DNA of 54,581 nucleotides, taken from a virus. Its lineage: Duplodnaviria; Caudoviricetes. Position numbers and translations under genes: made by a program. Shown here in pieces: positions 44,513-53,494 of the stretch (its first letter is position 1; each line of letters starts with the position of its first letter). Location of the stretch: IMG/VR virus record IMGVR_UViG_3300023093_000003, positions 1 through 54,581 of that record; one strand, written 5' to 3'. The notes beneath the pieces were generated by a model, which was given only the letters and a program-made list of their open reading frames with translations, did no database searches and had not been told where the DNA came from.

Positions 44513-45072
44513 GCTCGTGCTCCTTCGGTGTGTGTGGTGGGAATCCGCTTCCACGCGTCGGCGTCGAAGCCCTTGAACTCGGCGCGCTCGATGATGTCGG
44601 CGTCGGTGAGAGGGTAGGCGTTTCCGCGCCGCCAGAACTTGCCTTTGGGGTTCTGTCGCCCTGTTCCTTCGCAGCGGAACACCGGCCCGAATCGCTGGAG
44701 GAACTCGGCCGCCTGCCCGGCGCGGGTCATGTCGCGCTGGGTATCGGTGACCTTGCTGCGGCGCTGGCCCGACAGGATCGTGGCCGTCTTGCGGAACTTG
44801 ACGCCGTGCTCAGCCGCCCAGCGCTGGACGACCTTTTCGCCGCGACCAAAGAAGGCCTGGGCCTCGTGCCGTGTCATTGTCGGCGCCAGAGCGGCGAAGT
44901 TGGCGGGCGCAGGGGCGGCGGTGTTCGTTATCCTAGCCGGAATCCCGCATATCCGACGCCAGCGCGCTATGCAGCCCGGCCATGAGCCGTAGTGGACAGC
45001 GAGATCCTTGCTGGACATGATCGCAGCGTGCTGCGGGAAATCCGCCGGCATGGGATATTGAGCGCGGGGCAT
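44509..45072 (-). CDS. Hypothetical protein with tandem HTH-like repeats
   Basis: Two P.P..F...A..M....L...YG......RW repeats. Confidence 0.6.
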   Translation of the reverse strand: MPRAQYPMPADFPQHAAIMSSKDLAVHYGSWPGCIARWRRICGIPARITNTAAPAPANFAALAPTMTRHEAQAFFGRGEKVVQRWAAEHGVKFRKTATILSGQRRSKVTDTQRDMTRAGQAAEFLQRFGPVFRCEGTGRQNPKGKFWRRGNAYPLTDADIIERAEFKGFDADAWKRIPTTHTEGARA

Positions 45073-45602
45073 CAGTATGCCTGCGCTTTCTCGCGAGCGA
45101 CGCGCAGGCGCTGGGCGAGTTTGACGTTGGCGATCGAGCGGCGGGCATGCTCGAGCGTGCCGGCGATGTCCGCCTCGATGATCTTGCGCGCCTCGGCAGC
45201 CGGGATGCCCTTGCGGATCACGAGCGCTCGGTATTGGTCGCGAAGCTCCGGCGGGCACCAGCCAAGTACCGTCTCTGTCCGCGCGCGACCGGCCTTGGCC
45301 TTCACCTCCGGCGAATTGGTGAGCTCGCGCACTTCGGGGCGCGACAGCACCTCTGCTGCCAGTCGGCGGCCGTTGGCGCGTCGGCGCTCGCGCTCCTCGT
45401 CGGGCATCGTCTCAATCCAGCGGCGCAGCGCGTCCGTGCGCATCTGCTTCGCGCCGGGGGTGGCGAAGTGCGCGCTCACCGAAGCGCGCCGGCGGGCGTT
45501 GATCTCGGGATCGGTGTTCATGCGGATGGCCGAGCAGCTCCGGCAGCGACCCTTTGAATTTCGGCTGATCGGCTTTGGACAGTCGATGCAGGTGCGTGTC
45601 AT
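45072..45602 (-). CDS. Hypothetical protein with N-terminal zinc ribbon
   Basis: CIDC...CRSC; basic. Confidence 0.6.
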   Translation of the reverse strand: MTRTCIDCPKPISRNSKGRCRSCSAIRMNTDPEINARRRASVSAHFATPGAKQMRTDALRRWIETMPDEERERRRANGRRLAAEVLSRPEVRELTNSPEVKAKAGRARTETVLGWCPPELRDQYRALVIRKGIPAAEARKIIEADIAGTLEHARRSIANVKLAQRLRVAREKAQAY

Positions 45603-46873
45603 GCTGCTGCTCCGAATAGGTCGCTCTGCGCCGCTGCTTCGACAGCCGCTTTCGCCTCTTCCGCCACGCGCGATTCCGCTGCGGCGATGCGAGCGCGGGC
45701 GATCGGCACATATTCTGCCGTCATCTCGGCGCCGATGAAGTCGTAACCTTCCAGGACCGCCGCCTTGCCGGTCGAGCCGCTACCCGTGAACGGATCAAGG
45801 ATCAGGCCGCCGGGCGGGGTGATGAGGCGGCACAGCCAGCGCATCAGCGCCTCTGGCTTCACCGTCGGGTGGGTGTTCCGGTACTGAGTCTCTCGGCCTT
45901 CGCTGAGGCTCGACGCCTTGCCGCTTTCGCCGTTGCCGGTCTGGAACTGGACGAAGGATTGCGGGTCGAACTGGTCGAGTCCCTCGTCGCGATCAGCCTT
46001 CGTTGCCTTGGCACAATAATAAAAACGCGCCGCGCTGCCGCTATCGCCTCGCGCTGGGTGATCCAACGCCGGGCGCATCCCTCCAAAAATGCCGTTTGGA
46101 GATTGGCGGCATTTCGCGTGGTTCCGCAGGTCGCCTTGCTGGCCGGGAGCGTCAGGAAACGCTGCGAGCACCTCATCGCTGCCGTCATGCGCGATGTTGG
46201 CAGGCCAGCGGCCACCGGTGTTCGGGTTTCTCTCTCCCGACCCGTCCTTGAGCGAATAGCTGCTGGAACCTGCATCGGACGCGTTGCCGTTGGCATAGCC
46301 AGCAAGCTTTCGGTGCAGCGGATTCGTTGCCGGGTTCGTATCAGCCATATCGTAGCCGATGCGGCAGGCGTCGATATTAAGCGCCCCGGTGCCGAACCGT
46401 TCCTCATTCGCGGACACCGAGCCGATGAGAGGCTTGCGCGCGAGAACGATCGGCTCATGAGCCGGCTTGAGGCAGGTGCCCTTGCCGTCGCGGTTGCCGC
46501 CCTTGGGGAAGCCCGAGCCGTACAGCCAATCGACCATGTCACGGACTTCGAAGCCAGCGAGGCGGATCGCGATCGTGCCGAGATCGTATGTGCGCGTGCC
46601 GAAGAAGGCGAGCAGCCAGCCGCCCGGCTTGAGGACGCGATACGCCTCCTTCCAAGTGAGCGGGCCGGGGACGAAGCTATCCCAGCTATTGCCCATGAAG
46701 CCGTTGCCGGGATGCGCGTAGTCATCGCCGGCGAGCCAGTGCGTCAGAACCTCCGCGACGTTCGGCTCTTTCGACAGCCCATAGGGCGGATCGGTGCAGA
46801 CGCTGTCGACCGAGTTCTCCGGCATCGCCGCCATGACGACGCGACAATCCCCATGATGCACGACCGCGCTCAT
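45599..46873 (-). CDS. N6-adenine/N4-cytosine DNA methyltransferase (beta-class motif order)
   Basis: TDPPY, RVLKPGG, HPTVKP and LDPFTGSGSTG motifs. Confidence 0.93.
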   Translation of the reverse strand: MSAVVHHGDCRVVMAAMPENSVDSVCTDPPYGLSKEPNVAEVLTHWLAGDDYAHPGNGFMGNSWDSFVPGPLTWKEAYRVLKPGGWLLAFFGTRTYDLGTIAIRLAGFEVRDMVDWLYGSGFPKGGNRDGKGTCLKPAHEPIVLARKPLIGSVSANEERFGTGALNIDACRIGYDMADTNPATNPLHRKLAGYANGNASDAGSSSYSLKDGSGERNPNTGGRWPANIAHDGSDEVLAAFPDAPGQQGDLRNHAKCRQSPNGIFGGMRPALDHPARGDSGSAARFYYCAKATKADRDEGLDQFDPQSFVQFQTGNGESGKASSLSEGRETQYRNTHPTVKPEALMRWLCRLITPPGGLILDPFTGSGSTGKAAVLEGYDFIGAEMTAEYVPIARARIAAAESRVAEEAKAAVEAAAQSDLFGAAA

Positions 46874-47058
46874 CGGATCGCCTTCGCGCGCCGGTCGCGG
46901 CACGGTGCGCACCAGCCATTGACGAGGCGCGGGCTATGGTCGCCGCATTCATCGCACTCACCCGGCTGGCCGACCGGGATCGGCTGGCGCGCAGCGGCGA
47001 GGCTACACGCAAGGTGGTGCTCGGTCAGCACCTGGGCGTCGTCGCAGATGTCAGCCAC
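46870..47058 (-). CDS. TraR/DksA-like C4 zinc-finger protein
   Basis: ADICDDAQ (DxxDxA) N-terminus and CDEC...CAPC. Confidence 0.75.
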   Translation of the reverse strand: MADICDDAQVLTEHHLACSLAAARQPIPVGQPGECDECGDHSPRLVNGWCAPCRDRRAKAIR

Positions 47059-47206
47059 GGGCAGAGGCCCAGTACGCGAGACGCGCGTTCCAGTTCGGGG
47101 TGACCGGCGTGGGAACGGGGCAAAGCAGAAGACGCTTTCCGCCAAGATGCAGTTCGGCGTTCGCGGAACCACTGCGAAGTGGCTCCCCGGGGTTGCTGAC
47201 GTTCAT
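47051..47206 (-). CDS. 51-aa hypothetical protein (not in ORF track)
   Basis: AGGAG RBS; MNVSNPGEP...ARG*; 8-nt overlap with the TraR-like gene. Confidence 0.45.
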   Translation of the reverse strand: MNVSNPGEPLRSGSANAELHLGGKRLLLCPVPTPVTPNWNARLAYWASARG

Positions 47207-47250
47207 GGTTCACTCACTCCTAGGGGCCGGCTGGGCCGGTCGTTAGAACC

Positions 47251-47733
47251 TTATGCGGGGACGGCGCGCGGAGATCGCAGCGCCGTGATGTCGTTGATCC
47301 ATTGCGCGGTGAGCGCGTGGACCCTGCGAATGTCGGGCTCCATCGCGAGCAACTCGGCGTGCGTCTTCGCGACGCCACCATCGCTCTCGGGCGATTCCGC
47401 CTCGGCAACCTTGGCGAGCAGAGACGCGAGCGGCACCGTGCCGGCAGCGTCCAGCGGATCGCTGGCGATCTTGACCAGTTGGAAGCCGTAGAGCGCGGCG
47501 ATGTCGTCCAGCGCCGTTGGGCACGCGCGCGTCGCGTCGAACAGGCGCTTGGGGCCGGGCATCGCGTCGCGGAGAAGGATGTTCTCGAGCCCCTTGCTGC
47601 TCAGATCCATCTCAGCAGCGAGCGCGCGGCGCCCGGCAGAGGCGTGGGCACAGCGCGAAAGGCCGCGAAGCATGGCCGCACGGAACTCTGCTTCCGTCGG
47701 AGGCTCATTTTGTGGAACGACACTATCAAGCAT
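47251..47733 (-). CDS. CII-like regulator
   Basis: ALAAEMDLS..GL.N HTH-like segment and A..YG..LV; located downstream of cro. Confidence 0.55.
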   Translation of the reverse strand: MLDSVVPQNEPPTEAEFRAAMLRGLSRCAHASAGRRALAAEMDLSSKGLENILLRDAMPGPKRLFDATRACPTALDDIAALYGFQLVKIASDPLDAAGTVPLASLLAKVAEAESPESDGGVAKTHAELLAMEPDIRRVHALTAQWINDITALRSPRAVPA

Positions 47734-48385
47734 TATGCTGCACCTGCTTCGTATGAACAGAGACACTCTCCACACGGCGCCAAAAGCTCTCAGGCTCGCG
47801 ATAGGGCGAGAATTGGTGCGGCGCAGCGCCGTCCGGCCCGACACTGGGGAGGCTGTCGGGCCGGGGCTGCAGCGCTGGCGCTTCAAGGACACCAGCGCGA
47901 GGGGAAATATCGTGCTCACCGCAACCGCGACCGACCAGCTCGCCGTTCGCACCAGCGGTGAAGTCGCGCCAGTGGACCCAGCCGGAATCACAATGGAACC
48001 CCCATTCACGGACCTTCGGGCCGGTGAAGAACAGCGAGACGAAGGGCTCTCCGTCGATAAGCTCGAGGCGGTGCGAATCCGTCGCGTCCCGCGTGACGAG
48101 CGAACCGGCCTCGCGGATAAAGACACCGCTTGGCGTGATCTCGCGGTAGCGGCCGCGCAGCAGGAGCGATTGATTGTCCCACGGGTGGTCGTGCAGGGCG
48201 CGGTCGTCATCGTCGCGCAAGCCCTGGTGGAGATAGACGTTCTTCGCGTGGTTCTTGGGGATGACCCACCAGCGCCGCAGATACGGATCGATCTTGCCGC
48301 CTATCTCCAAGTCGGGGGCGCGCTCCATCACCTCTCCGGCCCATTCGGCCATGTCGGTGACCGTGGCGTAGCTGATCGGGCTCAT
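47726..48385 (-). CDS. Cupin-like phage protein
   Basis: YL.RW, N.YLH...DDDRALHDHPW, G.Y.E, HRLEL and LF.TGP..R.WGF motifs. Confidence 0.7.
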   Translation of the reverse strand: MSPISYATVTDMAEWAGEVMERAPDLEIGGKIDPYLRRWWVIPKNHAKNVYLHQGLRDDDDRALHDHPWDNQSLLLRGRYREITPSGVFIREAGSLVTRDATDSHRLELIDGEPFVSLFFTGPKVREWGFHCDSGWVHWRDFTAGANGELVGRGCGEHDISPRAGVLEAPALQPRPDSLPSVGPDGAAPHQFSPYREPESFWRRVESVSVHTKQVQHNA

Positions 48386-48633
48386 CGCAGCACCGCCAAC
48401 GCGGCAGGCGCCAGCATGATGGCGATCGTAAGCACCCATGCTGCAATGTCGCCGACGGAGAACTCGAACTGCGCGAGCGTGGCCGCGAACATTTCGCGAG
48501 ACGCTGGAGTATGCCGAAAAGACGCGCCCGGTCTACGACTACGTAGATTCCCTAGTGCTCTTGTGCTCGCCCTGAAAATCGTAGCAGGGGTGCGGATGGG
48601 GGCGCTAACATTGCGCTGGGGAGAGGAAAAACT

Positions 48634-48855
48634 ATGGCATCGAGTCGCGGCGTCACGCCCGTCGAAAGCGTGGGCGAAATCGAGATCCGGCACGGAATGG
48701 TGTTCTACACCGCCATCTCCGACGGACATGTCGAGGACAGAAGCATGCGCGTTGCCGAATGGCTCGACGCCCAGCTTCGCTTCGAGAATGTCTACCGCAG
48801 CTATCTGCGGGGTTGCGCCAAAGTCGCCCCGCTCTTCATCGCCAAGAGAGTCTGA
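48634..48855 (+). CDS. Counter-oriented small protein
   Basis: GAGAGGA RBS before ATG; 73 aa. Confidence 0.5.
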   Translation: MASSRGVTPVESVGEIEIRHGMVFYTAISDGHVEDRSMRVAEWLDAQLRFENVYRSYLRGCAKVAPLFIAKRV

Positions 48856-48858
48856 GCT

Positions 48859-49077
48859 ATGCGTTTCAACGGACGCTTTTTCACCGAGCAGCCGCCCGAG
48901 TTCTCCATTGACGAACACGATGTCGTTACCATTCGGTTTACCGATGGCGAGATGGCGCTGGAAATCCTGTGTTCGCCCAACACCTTTTTTAAGGGGCAGG
49001 CCAGCGCCAAGCACGTCACGGAGGAATGGCTTGGGCGGAGGCGAGATGCTCGCTTCATTCCCGAAGATCATAGCTGA
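48859..49077 (+). CDS. Counter-oriented small protein
   Basis: Starts 3 nt after the previous ORF; converges on the cro stop. Confidence 0.5.
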   Translation: MRFNGRFFTEQPPEFSIDEHDVVTIRFTDGEMALEILCSPNTFFKGQASAKHVTEEWLGRRRDARFIPEDHS

Positions 49078-49283
49078 CCTCCCGCCGCGTTACCGCGCTT
49101 GCGCGCCGGGTAAGAAGCCATGAACGTCCGCACCCGATCCACAGTCGCGCGGCGCGGTTCGCGCTGCAAACGAAGCTGCCGGACAAAATGGCGATCGCGC
49201 AACGCGGCATCGCCAAACGTGGACTCGCTCATGCCATGCTGAGCGATAAAGTCCTCAATAGCGGGGAGCAGGTCATCCATCAT
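49068..49283 (-). CDS. Cro-like repressor
   Basis: LL..IE.F...HGMS.STFG..A..D..FV..LR..R.PR pattern; divergent from cI. Confidence 0.85.
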   Translation of the reverse strand: MMDDLLPAIEDFIAQHGMSESTFGDAALRDRHFVRQLRLQREPRRATVDRVRTFMASYPARKRGNAAGGQL

Positions 49284-49290
49284 GGGTCGC

Positions 49291-49382
49291 ATGATATGTG
49301 GGATATTTCCCACGGTCAAGCCCAGCGGCGTGGGATATTTCGTCACTCCCTCAGCGCAGCACGGACGTGCGATATTTCCCAC
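49291..49382. promoter_or_regulatory. OR-like region: pR (TTGACC-N17-TATCAT, minus strand) with three operators
   Basis: GTGGGATATTTCCCAC 49298-49313, GTGGGATATTTCGTCAC 49330-49346 and GTGCGATATTTCCCAC 49367-49382. Confidence 0.85.
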
Positions 49383-49976
49383 ATGGCAACCTCACTCAAC
49401 ATCCAGCTCATCCGCGACCGCATCGAAGCCGAAATGGAGCGGAAGGGTTTTAGCCGCCGGAAGCTCTCAATCCAGGCGGGCGTTGGAGTCACCGCGATCC
49501 GCGATCTATTGGAGCGCACCGAGAATCCGGGGATCGGCACTTTGCACAAGGTTGCCGAAGCGCTTGATGTGACATTCGAGCAGATCAGCGGGCCGGACGC
49601 CGTTCCATTGTTGGGCGAGATCGGTGCTGGCGGCAGGATTGCGTTCTTCAAGGACGATCACGAATACGAGACGGTCCCGCGCCCGCCTCTGGCCCCCGGG
49701 CCGCTAATGGCCCTCAAGGTGTCTGGCGACTCGATGCTGCCGAAGTATGAGCCGGGAGACATAATCTACGTGCGCCGGGACCATGACGGGGTTCTCGCCG
49801 AATATCTCGGGCAATATTGCGCCATCAACTGCGGAGATGGCGGAACATATTTGAAGCGCCTCACCGCAGGGACCGAGCCAGATCGGTATACGCTACTATC
49901 GCTCAATGCTGCGGATATGCCGAATATGGAGGTCATATGGGCCGCGCCTGTCTTATTCATTATGCCGCGTCGTTGA
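49383..49976 (+). CDS. cI: CI-like repressor (HTH + S24 autopeptidase)
   Basis: N-terminal XRE HTH; IGAG cleavage-site region; V.GDSM.P Ser and YLKRL Lys motifs. Confidence 0.92.
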   Translation: MATSLNIQLIRDRIEAEMERKGFSRRKLSIQAGVGVTAIRDLLERTENPGIGTLHKVAEALDVTFEQISGPDAVPLLGEIGAGGRIAFFKDDHEYETVPRPPLAPGPLMALKVSGDSMLPKYEPGDIIYVRRDHDGVLAEYLGQYCAINCGDGGTYLKRLTAGTEPDRYTLLSLNAADMPNMEVIWAAPVLFIMPRR

Positions 49977-50007
49977 TCGAGATGCCGACGCCGACCGGAA
50001 AATAAGA

Positions 50008-50059
50008 ATGGGATATTTCACAGGTCCCGCTTGACGCCGTGTGAAATATCCCACATAAC
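50008..50059 (+). promoter_or_regulatory. OL-like region: pL (TTGACG-N17-CATAAC) with two operators
   Basis: ATGGGATATTTCACAG 50008-50023 and GTGTGAAATATCCCAC 50039-50054. Confidence 0.8.
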
Positions 50060-50094
50060 ACCTCCAACGCCACATGGCGACGGAGGCACGGTAC

Positions 50095-50307
50095 ATGGCG
50101 CAGGCCAGCACAGATTGGATCGAGTGGGCCGGCGGTGAATGTCCGGTTCATCCCAATGATTTTTTGCAGGTCCAGTTTCGCTGCGAGAGCCGTGAAAAAG
50201 CCTCGCAGGATGAGCCTGAAATTGCCGATGACGGGCGATTTCGGTTCATTTGGACCCACGATCTCGGCAGTCACGACATCATCGCCTACCGCGTGGTGTC
50301 CGCATGA
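50095..50307 (+). CDS. Small WIEW..GGECPV/DIIAYRV protein, copy 2
   Basis: GGAGG RBS; first gene after pL; paralog of 8301..8483. Confidence 0.75.
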   Translation: MAQASTDWIEWAGGECPVHPNDFLQVQFRCESREKASQDEPEIADDGRFRFIWTHDLGSHDIIAYRVVSA

Positions 50308-50708
50308 GCCGGTTGCCGCGATCAGCGTTCCAGACCCGCAAGCCGCCCCGCGCCGGTCGCCCGGCATGGAAGTGCGCCGAGGAATTCAAGCGCTGGCTGC
50401 GCAAACTGCCGTGTGCGTGCTGCTCGGCGCCGGCTGGCGAGATCGAGAACCCGATCGTGGCGGCGCACGTCGACCACGCAGGCGGCAAGGGCGTCGCCAC
50501 GAAGGTCGCCGATCAGCATTGCATCCCGCTTTGCGATGACTGCCACAAGCAGCAGCACAATGTCGGCTGGCTGACTTTCGAAAAGGCGCTGCCGATGGCG
50601 GACGCCGTCGCGCTGGCCTCGGTCTACTGGGTCGAATGGCCGGGCCGGGCCGCGTGGGAGCGTGATCTGTCCGCCAATGCGGAACATCAGCGCGGGGCGG
50701 TCGCATGA
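50304..50708 (+). CDS. DUF968-like HNH nuclease
   Basis: W.R.LPC.CC, AAHV and K..D....PLC..CH..QH..G motifs. Confidence 0.8.
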   Translation: MSRLPRSAFQTRKPPRAGRPAWKCAEEFKRWLRKLPCACCSAPAGEIENPIVAAHVDHAGGKGVATKVADQHCIPLCDDCHKQQHNVGWLTFEKALPMADAVALASVYWVEWPGRAAWERDLSANAEHQRGAVA

Positions 50709-51136
50709 TCCGCAACGATCCCGATCTTCAGCAGGCGCTTGCCGACCTCGCTCCGGCATTCGAGGCGTACCGCGCCGCCAAGCGCGACAGTGGGCGCCTC
50801 GACAAGGTGCTCAAGTTCGACGCCTATAACGCGGCGCGCGCGCAGATGCTCGACCAGCTTTCGATCATCCACGGCCGCGCCGCGAAGCTCGCGATCGACG
50901 GGAATGGCCTCGTCGTGCTCCTCTCGGCACAATCGACGTTGCGCGCGAAGCTCCGGCGCCGGCCCTCTTCGGTCCAGATGTCCAAGGCGCTCGGCGAAGA
51001 GTGTGCCGCCACGGCATCCAAGGCCGAGGCCGCAGCCAAGGCGCTCGAGAAGGCCCAGCAGATCGCCGCGCGCGCCGTGCGTGACGCCGCAGCCGCCCAG
51101 GCGGCCAGTCTCCTCTACACAGGATATTCGGCATGA
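50705..51136 (+). CDS. Hypothetical protein
   Basis: ATGA-coupled; Ala-rich helical. Confidence 0.6.
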   Translation: MIRNDPDLQQALADLAPAFEAYRAAKRDSGRLDKVLKFDAYNAARAQMLDQLSIIHGRAAKLAIDGNGLVVLLSAQSTLRAKLRRRPSSVQMSKALGEECAATASKAEAAAKALEKAQQIAARAVRDAAAAQAASLLYTGYSA

Positions 51137-51245
51137 ATCCGTATCGTGGAACGACCGTGTACGTTTGGGCTTGGCGCGTGATCGCCGTCTACGCGACCGT
51201 GTTCTGGCTCGGCGTGGCTGCGGTCACCATCAAGGTTCTTGCGCA

Positions 51246-51626
51246 GTGACCTGCGAGCCGCGCCCTCCGGTGCTGCAACCGGCCGCATTTCGCGTCACGC
51301 CGTCGAAGCCAATGAGCCCGTGGATCGGCTCATGGGGCGAGGGCGCGCGCTACTCTGACGCGCAGCTCTACGAGATGGTCGTACGCGGGCTGAGCCCCGA
51401 CACGGCAGAGGCCATCCGGGTGATGCGCCCCGCTTCTCGCGATGAGACGTGGTGGGGCGTCGATTTGCCCGCACCGATCCATGAATACGATTGCCCCGTC
51501 CTCGGGCGACGCGCCGACGGTCGCATCAAGATCCTGGCCCCGGCCGGCATCGCGAAACTCGTCCTCGCCGATGGATGGACGCACCACCCGAAGAAAGCCC
51601 GTGGATGGGGAAGGGTTCAAGCGTGA
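51246..51626 (+). CDS. Hypothetical protein
   Basis: GTGA overlap with a 38-aa membrane peptide ORF at 51133..51249. Confidence 0.5.
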   Translation: MTCEPRPPVLQPAAFRVTPSKPMSPWIGSWGEGARYSDAQLYEMVVRGLSPDTAEAIRVMRPASRDETWWGVDLPAPIHEYDCPVLGRRADGRIKILAPAGIAKLVLADGWTHHPKKARGWGRVQA

Positions 51627-51744
51627 TGGATTACCGTGACAAGATCGCCGAAGCCGTCCGGCATTCGAATGAATCGTGGCTCGTGTCGACGCTCCTGTGG
51701 GCGGGGATCGCGTTGGAGTTTGCCGCTCCTTGGTATTATTTCTC

Positions 51745-51987
51745 GTGAGCTGCGGATGCATCGAGCAGGTCAACACCATGTTGGCCGAGCACAATACACG
51801 CATTACGCTCCCGCTCATGCTCGGCGAAGACCAGCGCGAGCGGGCCATGATCGCTACCGAGCGTGTCAAAACCTTCCGTGACGGCAAGGCCGCGCTCGCG
51901 CTGTTCGCCAGCTTCTGCCCGTTCTGCGGCTCCCCGTATGCGGAGCATCTGGGAGTCGGGCCGAACTGCAGGCCGATCGGGCGCTGA
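51745..51987 (+). CDS. Small zinc-binding protein
   Basis: C.CI..VN..L...N...ASFCPFCG..Y pattern; GTGA overlap. Confidence 0.65.
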   Translation: MSCGCIEQVNTMLAEHNTRITLPLMLGEDQRERAMIATERVKTFRDGKAALALFASFCPFCGSPYAEHLGVGPNCRPIGR

Positions 51988-52044
51988 TCGCGGCCAACCC
52001 TTCATCAACCCCGGCACCAGCCGGTTTCAGCAGGAGAAATACCC

Positions 52045-52473
52045 ATGTCCGACCACCGCACCCATATCCTTGGCCTCACGGCTGGCATCGTTGGCGGGTG
52101 CATCAGCAGCAACCTCGTGACGACCACGGACCTGCCGGGCCTGATCGCGAGCGTTTACGAGGCGCTCGAACGCGCCGGCGCGCAGCCTGCCGCAGGCGGT
52201 GTCGCGCAAGCCTCGCCCGCGGGCGCGCCAGTCCGCGCCTTCACTGGATCGGTGAGATCGTCGATCAAGCCGGCCGGCATCATCAGCGCGATCGATGGCA
52301 AGCCGTACAAGATGCTGCGTCGGCACATCGGCCTGCACGGCTATACCCCGGAGAGCTACCGGGTCGCTTTCGACCTGCCTTCGGACTATCCGATGGTAGC
52401 TCCTGAGTATGCGGCGACGCGGCGCGCTCTTGCGCTCAAGAGCGGCTTGGGCCGCAAGCGCGAGGCGGCGTGA
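52045..52473 (+). CDS. mucR: MucR/Ros-family transcriptional regulator
   Basis: LTA.IV...S.N.V...DLP.LI..VY.AL and DGKPYK.LRRH...G.TP..YR..F.LP.DYPMVAP.Y...R..LA...GLG signatures. Confidence 0.93.
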   Translation: MSDHRTHILGLTAGIVGGCISSNLVTTTDLPGLIASVYEALERAGAQPAAGGVAQASPAGAPVRAFTGSVRSSIKPAGIISAIDGKPYKMLRRHIGLHGYTPESYRVAFDLPSDYPMVAPEYAATRRALALKSGLGRKREAA

Positions 52474-52787
52474 TGCCGGGCGCCGGCGTCATCTTCTTCC
52501 GCGCGGATCATGACCTGATCGGGCGTGTGCTGGCGGAAAAGTTGCGCCGGCGCGCCGATCCAAGCCGTCTCGATGACGGCTTCCGCATCCTTCCCCAATC
52601 CGTGAGGCCATCCATGCCCAGCGAAAAGCGGCGCGTCCTGGTCGCGACCGGCCACTATGTCGAAGCCCGCAGGCTGGCGCGCGTCGCGCCGCGCGATGGC
52701 AAGGTGCTTCTCTCCGTCAACTCGCACCGTCCGCCGATCGAGGTGGATGAGGCGCGCTGGAACGCTGCGGAGGTGCTCCGTGGCTGA
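52470..52787 (+). CDS. Hypothetical protein
   Basis: Coupled on both sides. Confidence 0.5.
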   Translation: MMPGAGVIFFRADHDLIGRVLAEKLRRRADPSRLDDGFRILPQSVRPSMPSEKRRVLVATGHYVEARRLARVAPRDGKVLLSVNSHRPPIEVDEARWNAAEVLRG

Positions 52788-53268
52788 GAAAGCATCGCAC
52801 ATCGCCGCGCGAGCGCTGATGCCCGTGTTCCGGTCAATGCAGCGTCAAGCGCAGGAATCGATCGACGCAGTCATTGCCGAAATGCGCAATGTCCTGCGCG
52901 TGCGGTACGATGCGGGCGCCGCGCGGCTACCGCAAGGGTTGCCGGCACCACGCCTTCAACTCCGCTGGGAGAACGGCGATGAACGGTACGAGTGGGCGTG
53001 CTCGTATGAACTCGTCCTGCCATTGCGCGAGTTCGATATCCGCAACGACGCCAAGACCGGGCATGCCGTCATTGAACTCGGCCGCACGAGGGTGGGTGGA
53101 AGCGGCGCGCCGCCGTGGCGGCACAGCGAGCCGCGCTCGTGCACGCCCTATCGGGATGGAGCACATGCCCTTTGGGACTCCGCCGTTCTAGGCGGCCTTC
53201 CGGTATACGTCGTGGCCCCGGATGGCGGCACGAAATTGGTGCCAGCCGAGGAGAACGACCGTGGCTGA
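52780..53268 (+). CDS. Hypothetical protein
   Basis: GGAGG RBS; GTGGCTGA overlap. Confidence 0.6.
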   Translation: MAEKASHIAARALMPVFRSMQRQAQESIDAVIAEMRNVLRVRYDAGAARLPQGLPAPRLQLRWENGDERYEWACSYELVLPLREFDIRNDAKTGHAVIELGRTRVGGSGAPPWRHSEPRSCTPYRDGAHALWDSAVLGGLPVYVVAPDGGTKLVPAEENDRG

Positions 53269-53494
53269 GACCAGCGCAATGGTTCGGATCGAAGACGCTT
53301 GGCTGCGCGCAGCCGACGTCTCGCACATGAAATGGGATCGGGGTCACAGCTACACGAAGCTGCGGATCACGATGCGCGACGGCACGGTCTACGAGGTGAA
53401 GGACTGGAACGGCAGTGCTTATGCCGCAGAGCGAGCCCTCCTGTCGGCGATCGATCAAACCGAGGCGCGGCGCGCGGAGGTGGCTTGTGGCTGA
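53261..53494 (+). CDS. Hypothetical protein
   Basis: GAGGAG RBS; GTGGCTGA overlap. Confidence 0.6.
   Translation: MAETSAMVRIEDAWLRAADVSHMKWDRGHSYTKLRITMRDGTVYEVKDWNGSAYAAERALLSAIDQTEARRAEVACG

Noticed and set aside
48382-49071. 229-aa minus-strand ORF after cro
   Set aside because: Its composition is not protein-like and it overlaps two better-supported + strand ORFs; only its short hydrophobic 3' end might be real. Not fully excluded.
45869-49123. Two 540-aa plus-strand ORFs (45869..47491 and 47501..49123)
   Set aside because: They are shadows of the MTase, cII-like and cupin genes and show no domain motifs.
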